Positions 1-9,029 of a DNA stretch of 64,000 bases are shown in pieces (position 1 is the stretch's first letter; each line of letters begins with the position of its first letter). The position numbers and the translations under genes are program-made. Under the pieces are notes generated by a model. That model did not search any database. It saw nothing but the letters and a program-made list of their open reading frames with translations, and was not told the origin of the DNA. Origin of the DNA: Clostridiales bacterium (GTDB lineage Bacteria; Bacillota; Clostridia; Oscillospirales; CAG-272); assembly GCA_022793655.1 (NCBI GenBank), contig JAAWDG010000009.1, positions 57,405 through 121,404 on the forward strand, given 5' to 3'.

Positions 1-177
1 GGCAGCCGGGTTGACGATGAGGCATATCTAACCCAGTATACAGGCATGGCACAGACAAAATCCAGCGAGGAGATTGACGTGCTGACAGGGGCGACTATAT
101 CCTCAAAAGCTGTTTTACAGGGAATGAATGATGCCATAGAGGGATATGCCAAACTGGGAGGTGAAGCCGATGAATAA
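1..177 (+). CDS. rnfG: Rnf complex subunit G, C-terminal fragment (5' end outside window)
   Basis: Frame 1 is open from the window edge to TAA 175-177. The translation ...EEIDVLTGATISSKAVLQGMNDAIEGY carries the FMN-bind domain TGATxSS flavinylation motif. It is followed by rnfE-rnfA-rnfB. Confidence 0.75.
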   Translation, partial: GSRVDDEAYLTQYTGMAQTKSSEEIDVLTGATISSKAVLQGMNDAIEGYAKLGGEADE

Positions 178-847
178 GCTTGCTTCGATTGTAAAAGAAG
201 GCCTGATTACAAAGAATCCAACCTTTTTTCAGCTGCTTGGTATGTGTCCGACTTTAGCGGTAACGACTACCATTTTTAATTCGGTTGGTATGGGTCTTGC
301 CACAACGGCGGTTTTATGTTGTTCGAATGTGATGATTTCTCTTTTGCGGAAATTTATTCCTAACGAAGTTCGCATTGCTTCTTATATCGTTATTATTTCG
401 GGTTTTGTTACGGCGGTTGATCTCTTAATGAAAGCGTATTTTGTTGAACTTTCTCATACGCTTGGTTTATTTATTCCGCTGATTGTTGTAAACTGTATTA
501 TATTAGCGCGTGCAGAGGCATTTGCTTCTAAAAACAAAGTGATTCCTTCGCTTGTCGATGGACTTAGTATGGGACTTGGTTTCACTTTTGCACTCAGTAT
601 TTTAGGTGCTGTACGTGAGGGACTTGGATCAGGCACGCTGTTTAGTGGTACACCGTTTATGATTCAAATTCCAGGGCTGCATGACTATCCGGTGCTCTTT
701 ATGGTTTCTTCTGCGGGCGCGTTTATCACCCTTGGCTGCCTTGTGGCTTTTGTGCAGTTTATCGCTGCCAAAGTGGCTAATGGAAAAGCCGGAAAGGATG
801 AAGAGCCTTTGCGGGCACATTCTGAGGAGGTAGAGAAAATTGATTAA
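170..847 (+). CDS. rnfE: Rnf electron transport complex subunit E
   Basis: Polytopic membrane protein (MNKLASIVKEGLITKNPTFFQLLGMCPTLAVTT...), the typical RnfE/NqrD family N-terminus. ATG 170 follows GGGAGG and overlaps the rnfG stop (ATGAATAA). The track ORF start at 146 is probably too early. Confidence 0.9.
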   Translation: MNKLASIVKEGLITKNPTFFQLLGMCPTLAVTTTIFNSVGMGLATTAVLCCSNVMISLLRKFIPNEVRIASYIVIISGFVTAVDLLMKAYFVELSHTLGLFIPLIVVNCIILARAEAFASKNKVIPSLVDGLSMGLGFTFALSILGAVREGLGSGTLFSGTPFMIQIPGLHDYPVLFMVSSAGAFITLGCLVAFVQFIAAKVANGKAGKDEEPLRAHSEEVEKID

Positions 848-1421
848 AGATTTAGCGCTGATCATGTTCACAGCCGTCTTGCTTGAAAACTTTATTTTCT
901 ATCGTTTTTACGGCTGTTGCCCGTTTCTCGGTGTTTCTGAAAAGCCGGATACTGCGTTAGGTATGGGGTGTGCGGTTATGTTTGTCATGACGCTGGCCAG
1001 CGCGGTTACATATGGGGTTTACTATCTGCTTTTGGTGCCGTTTCATTTGGAATATCTCCAAACCATTGCTTTTATTCTTATCATTGCCAGTTTAGTGCAG
1101 TTTATTGAGATGTTTATGAAAAAGTTTATTCCAGCTCTTTACAGTGCGCTTGGAATTTATCTGCCCTTAATTACAACAAACTGTGCGGTTATGGGTGCTT
1201 GTCTTTTAAACATTCAATCGGGTTATGGATTTATTGAATCGGTTGTCTTTGGTTTTTCGGCGGCGCTTGGTTTTACCATGGCAATTGTTATTTTTGCTGG
1301 TGTTCGTGCGCGCATGGCTTTTTGCGAACCGCCTAAAGCGTTTCGGGGTATGCCAATTGTGTTAGTGGCCGCTGGCTTGCTGGCGCTTGCTTTTTCCGGA
1401 TTTTCCGGCATTAGCTTTTAG
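840..1421 (+). CDS. rnfA: Rnf electron transport complex subunit A
   Basis: 193 aa RnfA/NqrE-like membrane protein. TTG start follows GAGGAGG and overlaps the rnfE stop. Confidence 0.9.
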   Translation: MIKDLALIMFTAVLLENFIFYRFYGCCPFLGVSEKPDTALGMGCAVMFVMTLASAVTYGVYYLLLVPFHLEYLQTIAFILIIASLVQFIEMFMKKFIPALYSALGIYLPLITTNCAVMGACLLNIQSGYGFIESVVFGFSAALGFTMAIVIFAGVRARMAFCEPPKAFRGMPIVLVAAGLLALAFSGFSGISF

Positions 1422-1453
1422 AGAGAAAGCACAGGAAAGGATGGTCCATTGAG

Positions 1454-2311
1454 ATGAATCAAATCGTATTGGCGGTAGTGAGTTTTGCCGTGCTTGGCGG
1501 CGTATTGGGTTTGCTTTTAGCCATAGCGTCAAAAATATTTCATGTTAAAACCGATGAGCGAGTACCCGCCATTATCGAAGCGTTACCAGGTGCCAACTGC
1601 GGCGGTTGCGGCTATGCGGGGTGTGCTGCATTAGCAGAGGCCATTGTGAAAGGCGAAGCCAAAGTCACGGCATGTACGGTAGGCGGTGCTGATTCGGCTG
1701 CGAAAATCGGTGAAATCATGGGGGAAGCCCCTGGACAAATGAATCGCGTGCGTGCGCAGGTTATGTGCAGCGGTACGACGGCATGCGCAAAGCACAAATA
1801 TGTGTATGAAGGGGTCCATGACTGTATTGCGGCGTCGAAGTTAGATGGCGGAGACAAAACTTGTCCGAATGGATGTTTAGGGCTTGGTACTTGTGTAAAT
1901 ATATGTCCGTTCGATGCAATCAGCGTGCGGGATGGTGTAGCCTATGTCGATTATCATAAATGCACGGGCTGCGGTCGCTGCGCTACCGCTTGCCCTAAGC
2001 ATATTATCAAAATGATTCCATTTGATGCGAAACATTGGGTGGGATGTATGTCGGTTGATAATGGAAAGACAACAAGAAGCTATTGTGATGTAGGTTGTAT
2101 TTCTTGTAAGCGCTGTGAAAAAGCATGTGCTTATGGTGCGATAAAAGTAAACGATTTTGTGGCCGCGATTGATTATGATAAATGTACCGGCTGCGATGCT
2201 TGTGTAGAAGCTTGTCCGCGCAAAATTATTTGGACAGATGAAAGACAAATGAAGGCCGTCACAATTGACAAAGAGCATTTAACAGAAGATGCAAGAGGCA
2301 CGGGAGAATGA
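1454..2311 (+). CDS. rnfB: Rnf electron transport complex subunit B (polyferredoxin)
   Basis: N-terminal TM helix, a CGGCGYAGC cluster motif, then several CxxCxxCxxxCP 4Fe-4S ferredoxin motifs. Last gene of the rnf order G-E-A-B. Confidence 0.9.
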   Translation: MNQIVLAVVSFAVLGGVLGLLLAIASKIFHVKTDERVPAIIEALPGANCGGCGYAGCAALAEAIVKGEAKVTACTVGGADSAAKIGEIMGEAPGQMNRVRAQVMCSGTTACAKHKYVYEGVHDCIAASKLDGGDKTCPNGCLGLGTCVNICPFDAISVRDGVAYVDYHKCTGCGRCATACPKHIIKMIPFDAKHWVGCMSVDNGKTTRSYCDVGCISCKRCEKACAYGAIKVNDFVAAIDYDKCTGCDACVEACPRKIIWTDERQMKAVTIDKEHLTEDARGTGE

Positions 2312-2823
2312 TTCGTTTGTTTTTGAGCGAGTATTCAAATTATAAGCAGCAAAGTCAAGCAGGCAGAGCCCTGCTTGACTTTGTTTTAAAAACGAATTAT
2401 CAAACGAGTGTTCGCGAACGAGAAATTTTATATGGTGGGCAGGGCAAGCCCTATTTTTCTGATTTTCCACTCCACTTTAATATATCGCATTCAGGCGGCT
2501 TGGTAGCGTTGGCTATATCAGATCAAACGATTGGTCTTGATATTGAGGTGATTCGACCGATAAAAAGAGAGATAGGTGTTCGCTTTTTGGGCATTGATAC
2601 GGATGATAAAAAGGAATTGATTCGTGTGTGGACCAAGCGTGAAAGCTATGGCAAAATGACGGGAGAAGGATTTCATTTTAAATCGTTGTGTGAGCCATAT
2701 TATTTTCATGAATATAGTATCTCAGGAAGTCATGATGATTATCTGCTGATGGTATGTTCACCACAGGATGTATTTCCAGATGAAGTTGAGCGCGTCTCTT
2801 TGCAGCTTGAGCGGTTGGACTGA
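2308..2823 (+). CDS. 4'-phosphopantetheinyl transferase superfamily protein (short Sfp-like)
   Basis: Motifs FNISHSGG, GLDIE and WTKRESYGKMTGEG match PPTase signature regions. ATG overlaps the rnfB stop (ATGA). Confidence 0.7.
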   Translation: MIRLFLSEYSNYKQQSQAGRALLDFVLKTNYQTSVREREILYGGQGKPYFSDFPLHFNISHSGGLVALAISDQTIGLDIEVIRPIKREIGVRFLGIDTDDKKELIRVWTKRESYGKMTGEGFHFKSLCEPYYFHEYSISGSHDDYLLMVCSPQDVFPDEVERVSLQLERLD

Positions 2824-2872
2824 TTAGATAATATATTGCTATTAGCAATATATTATCTATATTATATATAAT

Positions 2873-2916
2873 AAAAACGACAAAAAGCAATTTATAAATT
2901 GCTTTTTGTCGTTTTT
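2873..2916. terminator. Bidirectional intrinsic terminator after the rnf/PPTase operon
   Basis: Near-perfect palindrome aaaaacgacaaaaagcaattt-ata-aaattgctttttgtcgttttt with an A-run and a T-run on either side. Confidence 0.65.
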
Positions 2917-3114
2917 ATATTGCTGTCGAGTTAAGAATGAACCCACACTCTGTTTTACGAATTATAACAGTTGTGCAGCGAATTTGATGAATAGCAAATA
3001 TGTTAAAATGATTGCTTTTATTAAGAGTAACTGCCTTGAATTTTAACGATGCCGGTTTATCCGGCGGGTGGTAAGACATACTTGCACGGCCAGTTAAAAT
3101 TCAAGTTTAAAAAC

Positions 3115-3151
3115 AAAAAAGCCTTTGATTCTATTAATCAAAGGCTTTTTT
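3115..3151. terminator. Bidirectional intrinsic terminator (serves the minus-strand ABC-2 operon and any plus-strand transcript from 3001)
   Basis: aaaaaagcctttgatt-ctatt-aatcaaaggctttttt, 11 nt from the stop of CDS 3162-4670. Confidence 0.65.
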
Positions 3152-3161
3152 AATATTATTT

Positions 3162-4670
3162 TTAAATATCTCTTCGCGTAAATGAATCAAAGGCAATATA
3201 ACCAAGACAGAGGGTTAATACGAACAGATAAATGAGGGAGAACCCTAAAGAGGGGGCGGTGGTAAATCCAACTGCATCAAGCAGCGAGGATACCGTTGAA
3301 TAAGGGAAAAACGCGGTGGTTAAATCCATATGCTGGAAGGGTAAGAATTTTACCCATTCCCCTTTTACAATGCCCAGGTTAATAAACGATAAAGCGCTAC
3401 TGCACACAAAATAAACGGCGATTGAAACGCCAATTGAGATGGCCGTACTGCGAGTCACAGCGGATAGCATAACGGCAAACGTCATGACTAACAGAACAGG
3501 CAGCAGCCATACAAACATTTGGGCAATCAGATAAAGCACAGGTGATAATTTATGGGCGGTTCCGCCTGAAGCAAAGATATAAGGCGGAATGGAAGAATAG
3601 CCAAAGAAAAGACATTGCGAGGCCAAGCTGATAAGAGCGCAAACCAAAGTACCGATCACGCCAACAGTCAATAGAGAAAGTATTTTAGCAAAAAAGATTT
3701 TAGATCTTTTCACAGGTGCTATGATTAATCCTTTGACAGCGCCCGATTGAATATCCGACGAAATGCATCCGCCGGCCAAAATAATGAGAACAAATAATAA
3801 AAATGAACGGCAAAGGCCGCTTGTGGCGCTTAATGCTAATTCAACTGGGAAATTTTCGTTACTTGTATTTTGCAATAGGCCTTTACCCATTTTATATTCA
3901 TATACAGCAATATTGTTTTCCAGTTCTTTCGTTAGTGATTCTGTTAGCGGTACATATACGCCATCGCTGTAGTATTGCTTGTGCAGCAGGGAAAGCTTGT
4001 CGTTTTTCCATTGTTCTGCTTCTCCAACGATTGAAAGGATTCCTTCTGGATTGCAGGTATATTGATAGTCCAGTGCTTGTTCGTAAATTGCTTTTTCTTC
4101 TTCACTGTAATTTTGCTCTTTTAGCAAGTCTTTCTGCAGATCAATATATTCTTTGTAGCTTTGTTTTTTTAGAATTGATTGATAGCGGGAGATTTGGTTT
4201 TCAAAGCGCGAAATCTCTTGTTCATTTAGCTGATAATAATCGCTGTATTTAAGATTAGTTTGGGCGCTTGCTAATGAATAAGCCGTTTCATCTAAGAAAC
4301 TTTTTTCGATCGTATAATAGGGCAGCTCATACTCTTTCAGTGTTTGGTAATAGACTTGCTCATTATAAGCGGAAACAAGATCTGACATGATATTTTCGTA
4401 TTCGACCGTGCCAGATGTACTTTGCGTCAGCGCTTGCTCTAAGGCAGTGATTTCGTTTTGATAGTGGTTGATTTCATCGTCTATGATTGACTCATCATTA
4501 TACCAATTGTTGTAGTCCATTTGGTCAAGTGTATTTACGAATTTGAATAAGCCTGTGAATCCTAAGCAAAGCGCAGTCATAATAATCGTGACCACAAATA
4601 AGAAGGGCCGTCTTATGATGCGGGCTAATTCGTTACGCCATAGGGAAAGAACTTTACTCAATGCTTCCAC
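3162..4670 (-). CDS. ABC-2 type transporter permease with a large N-terminal extracytoplasmic/coiled region
   Basis: 502 aa with one N-terminal TM, a ~270 aa hydrophilic region and 5 C-terminal TM helices. Overlaps the upstream ATPase gene by 17 nt. Confidence 0.7.
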   Translation of the reverse strand: MEALSKVLSLWRNELARIIRRPFLFVVTIIMTALCLGFTGLFKFVNTLDQMDYNNWYNDESIIDDEINHYQNEITALEQALTQSTSGTVEYENIMSDLVSAYNEQVYYQTLKEYELPYYTIEKSFLDETAYSLASAQTNLKYSDYYQLNEQEISRFENQISRYQSILKKQSYKEYIDLQKDLLKEQNYSEEEKAIYEQALDYQYTCNPEGILSIVGEAEQWKNDKLSLLHKQYYSDGVYVPLTESLTKELENNIAVYEYKMGKGLLQNTSNENFPVELALSATSGLCRSFLLFVLIILAGGCISSDIQSGAVKGLIIAPVKRSKIFFAKILSLLTVGVIGTLVCALISLASQCLFFGYSSIPPYIFASGGTAHKLSPVLYLIAQMFVWLLPVLLVMTFAVMLSAVTRSTAISIGVSIAVYFVCSSALSFINLGIVKGEWVKFLPFQHMDLTTAFFPYSTVSSLLDAVGFTTAPSLGFSLIYLFVLTLCLGYIAFDSFTRRDI

Positions 4671-5571
4671 CTCCTGTTATATTCATAAAGGCATCCTCTA
4701 ACGATTGTTCAATCTTTTCAATGCCAAAAATGGGAACGCCATGGTTCGCAAGAAGGGCGGTGATGACAGGCACTTCATTTTCTTTGGTTTGCATAATGAT
4801 CAAACGCTCGGTCATTTCAACGATTTGTTCTTGGTATTCATGTAAAAGCGTTTTTGCTTTGTCGGTGTCGCCTACACGGAAGCGATAACGCTCGCCTTGC
4901 GATGATGTTGTGAGTTCATGTACACTTTTTACGCCTAAAAACTGTCCATGATTAATAATGCCTACACGGTCGCACATAAGCTGCATTTCAGAAAGCTGAT
5001 GGCTGGAGACCAGTACGGCTATGCCTTTTTCATGAGCCAGTTTTTTTAATATTTCTCTTAATTCTTTGATGCCGGCCGGGTCTAATCCATTCGTAGGTTC
5101 ATCTAAAATTAATACTTTAGGGCCGTGCACTAACGATTGCGCCAAACAGATTCGCTGTTTCATACCGAGCGAATATTTTTTGATCTTTTCGTTGGCTCGA
5201 TTTGACATGCCTACTAATTCAATGACTTCATCAATGCGCTCTTTTTTGATGTTGCCATGAATGCGGGCATACATTTCAATATTTTTACGTCCTGAAAATT
5301 CTTTGAACATTTCAGGGTTCTCGACAATGCCGCCAATATGTGCCATCGCTTTTTCATATTTTTGCTTTAGGCTGTATCCACAAATTGATATATCGCCCGA
5401 ATCAGGAAACAAAAAGCCCATCACCATTTTGATGGTTGTGGTTTTACCAGCGCCGTTTGGGCCCAAAAAGCCAAATACTTCACCCGATTGAACGATGAAT
5501 GAAACGTCGTCAACAACGCGGCGTTTTCCAAATGTTTTGATTAAATGATTAATTGTGAGCAATTCTTCCAT
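4654..5571 (-). CDS. ABC transporter ATP-binding protein
   Basis: Walker A GPNGAGKTT, signature YSLGMKQR, Walker B LILDEPTNGLD. Confidence 0.9.
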   Translation of the reverse strand: MEELLTINHLIKTFGKRRVVDDVSFIVQSGEVFGFLGPNGAGKTTTIKMVMGFLFPDSGDISICGYSLKQKYEKAMAHIGGIVENPEMFKEFSGRKNIEMYARIHGNIKKERIDEVIELVGMSNRANEKIKKYSLGMKQRICLAQSLVHGPKVLILDEPTNGLDPAGIKELREILKKLAHEKGIAVLVSSHQLSEMQLMCDRVGIINHGQFLGVKSVHELTTSSQGERYRFRVGDTDKAKTLLHEYQEQIVEMTERLIIMQTKENEVPVITALLANHGVPIFGIEKIEQSLEDAFMNITGGGSIE

Positions 5572-5660
5572 AATGGTTATCGCTAAACCTTTTTAGTAAA
5601 GGATTTCCTTTCTTTCAACATTTGCTTTGTGTTTATATCAAACAGAGATATACTGGGCGA

Positions 5661-6233
5661 TTACTCTATGTTTACCTGGTTGGTCAACATAGCGCTTTCG
5701 TTGTTTGTTCCTGCTATATAGCCGCTAAAATAGAAAATTTTCCACTCGTTATCGATTTTCTCAAAAACAAATTGAGCAGTTGCTTGACTTTGACTGTCGT
5801 TTGATGAAAGAGAAGGAATGATCTGATCAGGTCCTTGATAAGAGACAATCGTGTTGACGATAACTTTGGCTGTTTTGCCATTAAATTCGATAGGCTCAAA
5901 ATTATGGATATGTACTTCATAGTTTTGAATCGTGCCGAACTTGCTTTGTGCATGTAACATGTTTTGGGCAACTGATTGCATAGAGGCAAAATGATCGTTT
6001 GAGACAAAATAAGAAATCTCGTTGTTCTTTATCTTTTCAAGCGCGTTTTCAGGTGTTTGATCACCCAAAATGATATCTTTTTGATAAACAGATAGATATT
6101 CGCTGACAGAGTTTTGGAGTTTTTGCTGATCGTCCAATCTTAAAAAGCGCAGGACAAGCAAATAGCCGATTACAATCAGTATTAGCGCTATAAAAACAAT
6201 AAAACCGCGATTTATTTTCCGCATAAAAGTCAT
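5661..6233 (-). CDS. Hypothetical membrane-anchored protein
   Basis: 190 aa with an N-terminal TM (GFIVFIALILIVIGYLLVL). AAAGGAG lies upstream of the ATG. No recognisable catalytic motif. Confidence 0.5.
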   Translation of the reverse strand: MTFMRKINRGFIVFIALILIVIGYLLVLRFLRLDDQQKLQNSVSEYLSVYQKDIILGDQTPENALEKIKNNEISYFVSNDHFASMQSVAQNMLHAQSKFGTIQNYEVHIHNFEPIEFNGKTAKVIVNTIVSYQGPDQIIPSLSSNDSQSQATAQFVFEKIDNEWKIFYFSGYIAGTNNESAMLTNQVNIE

Positions 6234-6414
6234 CTATATGAAACTCCTTTCTATTGGGCCATATGGCCTACTAAGCAGAACGCAGAGAGCAGTGGCTCTC
6301 TGCGTTTTGTTAAAGTATAAATGAACCATTTTGCTGCACAATAATGTGTATGCATATTCATCTAAGATAATTTATATTATATTTGCTAAACGATAGTAAT
6401 TTTTATAAAGATAA

Positions 6415-7350
6415 TTATTTGTTTGCAATTGCTTCTTTCGCTTTGGCCGCAATATGAGCCGGCGTTAGCTTGTAAGCGGTTAGCAATTCGACAACACCGC
6501 CGCTTTGGCCGAATTGATCTTCAATACCCACACGAAAAACAGGAACTGGATGGTTTTCACAGACACATTCGGCTACCGCAGAGCCTAACCCGCCGATAAT
6601 GCTGTGCTCCTCGGCGGTGACAATCGCGCCGGTTTTGTGTGCAGAGGCGAGAATTAATTCACGGTCTAACGGTTTGATGGTATGTATGTTGATGACTTCC
6701 GCTTTGATGCCTTCGGCTTTTAGCAGTTCGGCCGCTTCCAGCGCGATTGAAACCATAATGCCTGTGGCGACGAGCGTCACATCGGTGCCATCTGTCATTT
6801 TGACGCCCTTGCCAATTTCAAAAGAATATTGCTCGTCAAATAAAACAGGAACCGGATAACGGCCAAAGCGCATATAAACAGGACCGTTTATTGCATAGGC
6901 CGCTTCTACGGCTTTTTTGGCTTCGATTGCATCGGCCGGATTGATCACCGTCATGCCGGGCAGGGTTCTCATCAGGGCTAAATCCTCTAAGCATTGATGA
7001 GTAGCGCCGTCTTCGCCAACCGTAATACCGCCATGAGTAGCGCCGATCTTGACATTTAGTTTGGGATACGCCACACTGTTTCTGATTTGTTCAAAGGCGC
7101 GCCCTGCTGCAAACATAGCAAATGTGCTGGCATAGGCAACATGCCCTGCGGCGGCAAGGCCGGCCGCGACTGAAATCATATTGGCTTCCGCAATGCCGCA
7201 ATCTATATGGCGGTCTGGATAGGCATTCTTAAATTTAACGGTTTTGGTTGCTTCTGCTAAGTCAGCATCTAACACAAAGAAAGAGTGGTCCTTTCCCAGT
7301 TCTACCAAAGCGTCTCCATATGCCTCTCTGGTGGCTATTTTATTACTCAT
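6415..7350 (-). CDS. Transketolase, C-terminal (pyrimidine-binding) subunit
   Basis: MSNKIATREAYGDALVELG... is typical of a split transketolase B subunit. The start at 7350 overlaps the stop of the N-terminal subunit by 8 nt. Confidence 0.9.
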   Translation of the reverse strand: MSNKIATREAYGDALVELGKDHSFFVLDADLAEATKTVKFKNAYPDRHIDCGIAEANMISVAAGLAAAGHVAYASTFAMFAAGRAFEQIRNSVAYPKLNVKIGATHGGITVGEDGATHQCLEDLALMRTLPGMTVINPADAIEAKKAVEAAYAINGPVYMRFGRYPVPVLFDEQYSFEIGKGVKMTDGTDVTLVATGIMVSIALEAAELLKAEGIKAEVINIHTIKPLDRELILASAHKTGAIVTAEEHSIIGGLGSAVAECVCENHPVPVFRVGIEDQFGQSGGVVELLTAYKLTPAHIAAKAKEAIANK

Positions 7351-8188
7351 GGCAATTTCCCTCCAGTCTTTGTGTGATTTCAAGAACAGCCGTTTGATAA
7401 TCGGCTTCTTTCGGGCTGGCGCCGTGCCAATTTACTTTGCCTTCCATAAAAGAGACGCCTTTGCCTTTAATCGTGTTCATCACAATGGCGGTCGGCTTGT
7501 CTTTACAGTTGGCAAATGAATCGAGCGCGTTTTCTATTTCTTCAAAATTGTGTCCGTCAATACAAAGAGTATTCCAACCAAAGGCTTTGAATTTTTGATC
7601 AATCGGTGCTGTGTTCATTACTTCGGCGGTAGTGCCATCGATTTGCAGCCCATTTACGTCAATGAAAGCGCAAAGATTATCGAGCTTAAAGTGAGAAGCA
7701 AACATGGCGGCTTCCCAAACTTGTCCTTCATTTAATTCACCATCTCCCAAAATGGCAAATACACGGTAGGTCTGGTTTGTTTTTTTTGCGCCCAAAGCCA
7801 TGCCGCAGGCGGCTGAAATGCCTTGACCAAGACTGCCTGTCGTCATATCAACGCCGGGCGTATTTTTCATATCCGGATGGCCCTGTAAACGGCTGCCTAT
7901 TTTGCGCAGGGTATCAATTTCTTCTTTGGCGAAATAACCCCGTTCAGCCAATACACCGTAAAGAGCAGGGGCTGCGTGGCCTTTCGAGAGCACCAGTCTG
8001 TCCCGCTCTGGATCGCGTGGATTGGCTGGGTCGATTTTCATTTCTTTAAAATAAAGGTAGGCTAAAAGGTCGGCAATGGAAAGAGAGCCGCCTGGATGTC
8101 CGCTGCCTGCTAAGTAAGTGCCGCGCAGAACGGACAGTCTGATGTTGTCAGCCGTTTTCATAAGACATTCTATTTGTGCCTTTTTCAT
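7343..8188 (-). CDS. Transketolase, N-terminal (TPP-binding) subunit
   Basis: GHPGGSLS and GDGELNEGQVWEA TPP-binding motifs. ATG 8188 follows AGAAAGGAAA. An alternative upstream ATG is at 8218. Confidence 0.9.
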   Translation of the reverse strand: MKKAQIECLMKTADNIRLSVLRGTYLAGSGHPGGSLSIADLLAYLYFKEMKIDPANPRDPERDRLVLSKGHAAPALYGVLAERGYFAKEEIDTLRKIGSRLQGHPDMKNTPGVDMTTGSLGQGISAACGMALGAKKTNQTYRVFAILGDGELNEGQVWEAAMFASHFKLDNLCAFIDVNGLQIDGTTAEVMNTAPIDQKFKAFGWNTLCIDGHNFEEIENALDSFANCKDKPTAIVMNTIKGKGVSFMEGKVNWHGASPKEADYQTAVLEITQRLEGNCHE

Positions 8189-8708
8189 AACTGTGACGTT
8201 TCCTTTCTTTTTTATCATAGAATACTTCTTTATTGTACTCTTATTTTTATGATTTGTAAATAGCAGAACGAACGATTTATCATGATCATTCGCTTTTAGA
8301 CAGATAGGGAAGCATGTCTGTTTTTTTGACAGATGTTTCCTGTGTGTATTGTTTTAAGTCATTTTCTATGAGCTGTCTATTGCCTTTTGCCCAAAATAAA
8401 AGTATATTGTGGTTATGTATTATGTGATAAAATGATTTTACAATTGTTTATGCAATATAAAATATATAATTGTAATATATATTTAACTTAACATTGTTTT
8501 AATATATATTAAGACAAATAAATATTACAAATAAATAATATAATAATAATTATGTAATTTATAAATTGCAATTAGATATTCTAAATTGTAATGATAAATG
8601 AAGAAAAAACAATTGATTTTGTAAAAGTTGACAAAAATCCTCTTGTAAAAACAAAACAAAAGTGGTAAAATTATCAATAAATTGAGTAAATAAGGAGGTT
8701 TGCGCAAT

Positions 8709-9029
8709 ATGGCCAGTGAAACGGTGCTAAAAATTAAGGAAGCGGAAGAAAAAGCGCTGCTGATGAAATCGCAGACGGCCGAAAAAATTAAAGCGGCCAC
8801 CCAAGCTGCTAAAGCGGAAGGCGAAAAACTAATGGCCGAAGCGTCTGAAAAAGCAAGCGAGCTGCGAATAAGTGCGCTTCGACAAGCGGAAGAGCAGGCT
8901 GTTGGGCTAACCGATCAAAAACGTTCGGGTGCGAGAGTGGAATCAGAGGTATTAATGAAAGAAGCAAACGCGCATATGGATCAGGCAATTGATATCATTG
9001 TAGAGGGAGTAAAAAGTTTATGGCAGTAA
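8709..9029 (+). CDS. V/A-type ATPase small coiled-coil subunit (G/H-like)
   Basis: 107 aa Ala/Glu/Lys-rich helical protein. AAGGAGG lies 10 nt upstream. First gene of the ATPase operon. Confidence 0.7.
   Translation: MASETVLKIKEAEEKALLMKSQTAEKIKAATQAAKAEGEKLMAEASEKASELRISALRQAEEQAVGLTDQKRSGARVESEVLMKEANAHMDQAIDIIVEGVKSLWQ

Noticed and set aside
454-2278. Minus-strand ORFs inside the rnf genes (454-636, 629-871, 1223-1411, 1612-1857, 1631-1819, 1877-2278).
   Set aside because: They are antisense shadow ORFs lying wholly within well-supported rnfE/A/B coding regions. They have no RBS and low-complexity or Cys/Arg-rich translations.
8340-8455. A 37-aa Cys-rich hydrophobic small ORF (MSVFLTDVSCVYCF...) upstream of the transketolase genes.
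   Set aside because: The GGGAAG sequence sits only ~1 nt from the ATG. The sequence overlaps a hairpin and T-run, and there is no support for translation.
8525-8800. A 91-aa minus-strand ORF in the AT-rich region.
   Set aside because: The translation is dominated by I/Y/L/F/N from AT-rich DNA. It overlaps the start of the first V-ATPase gene and has no RBS.
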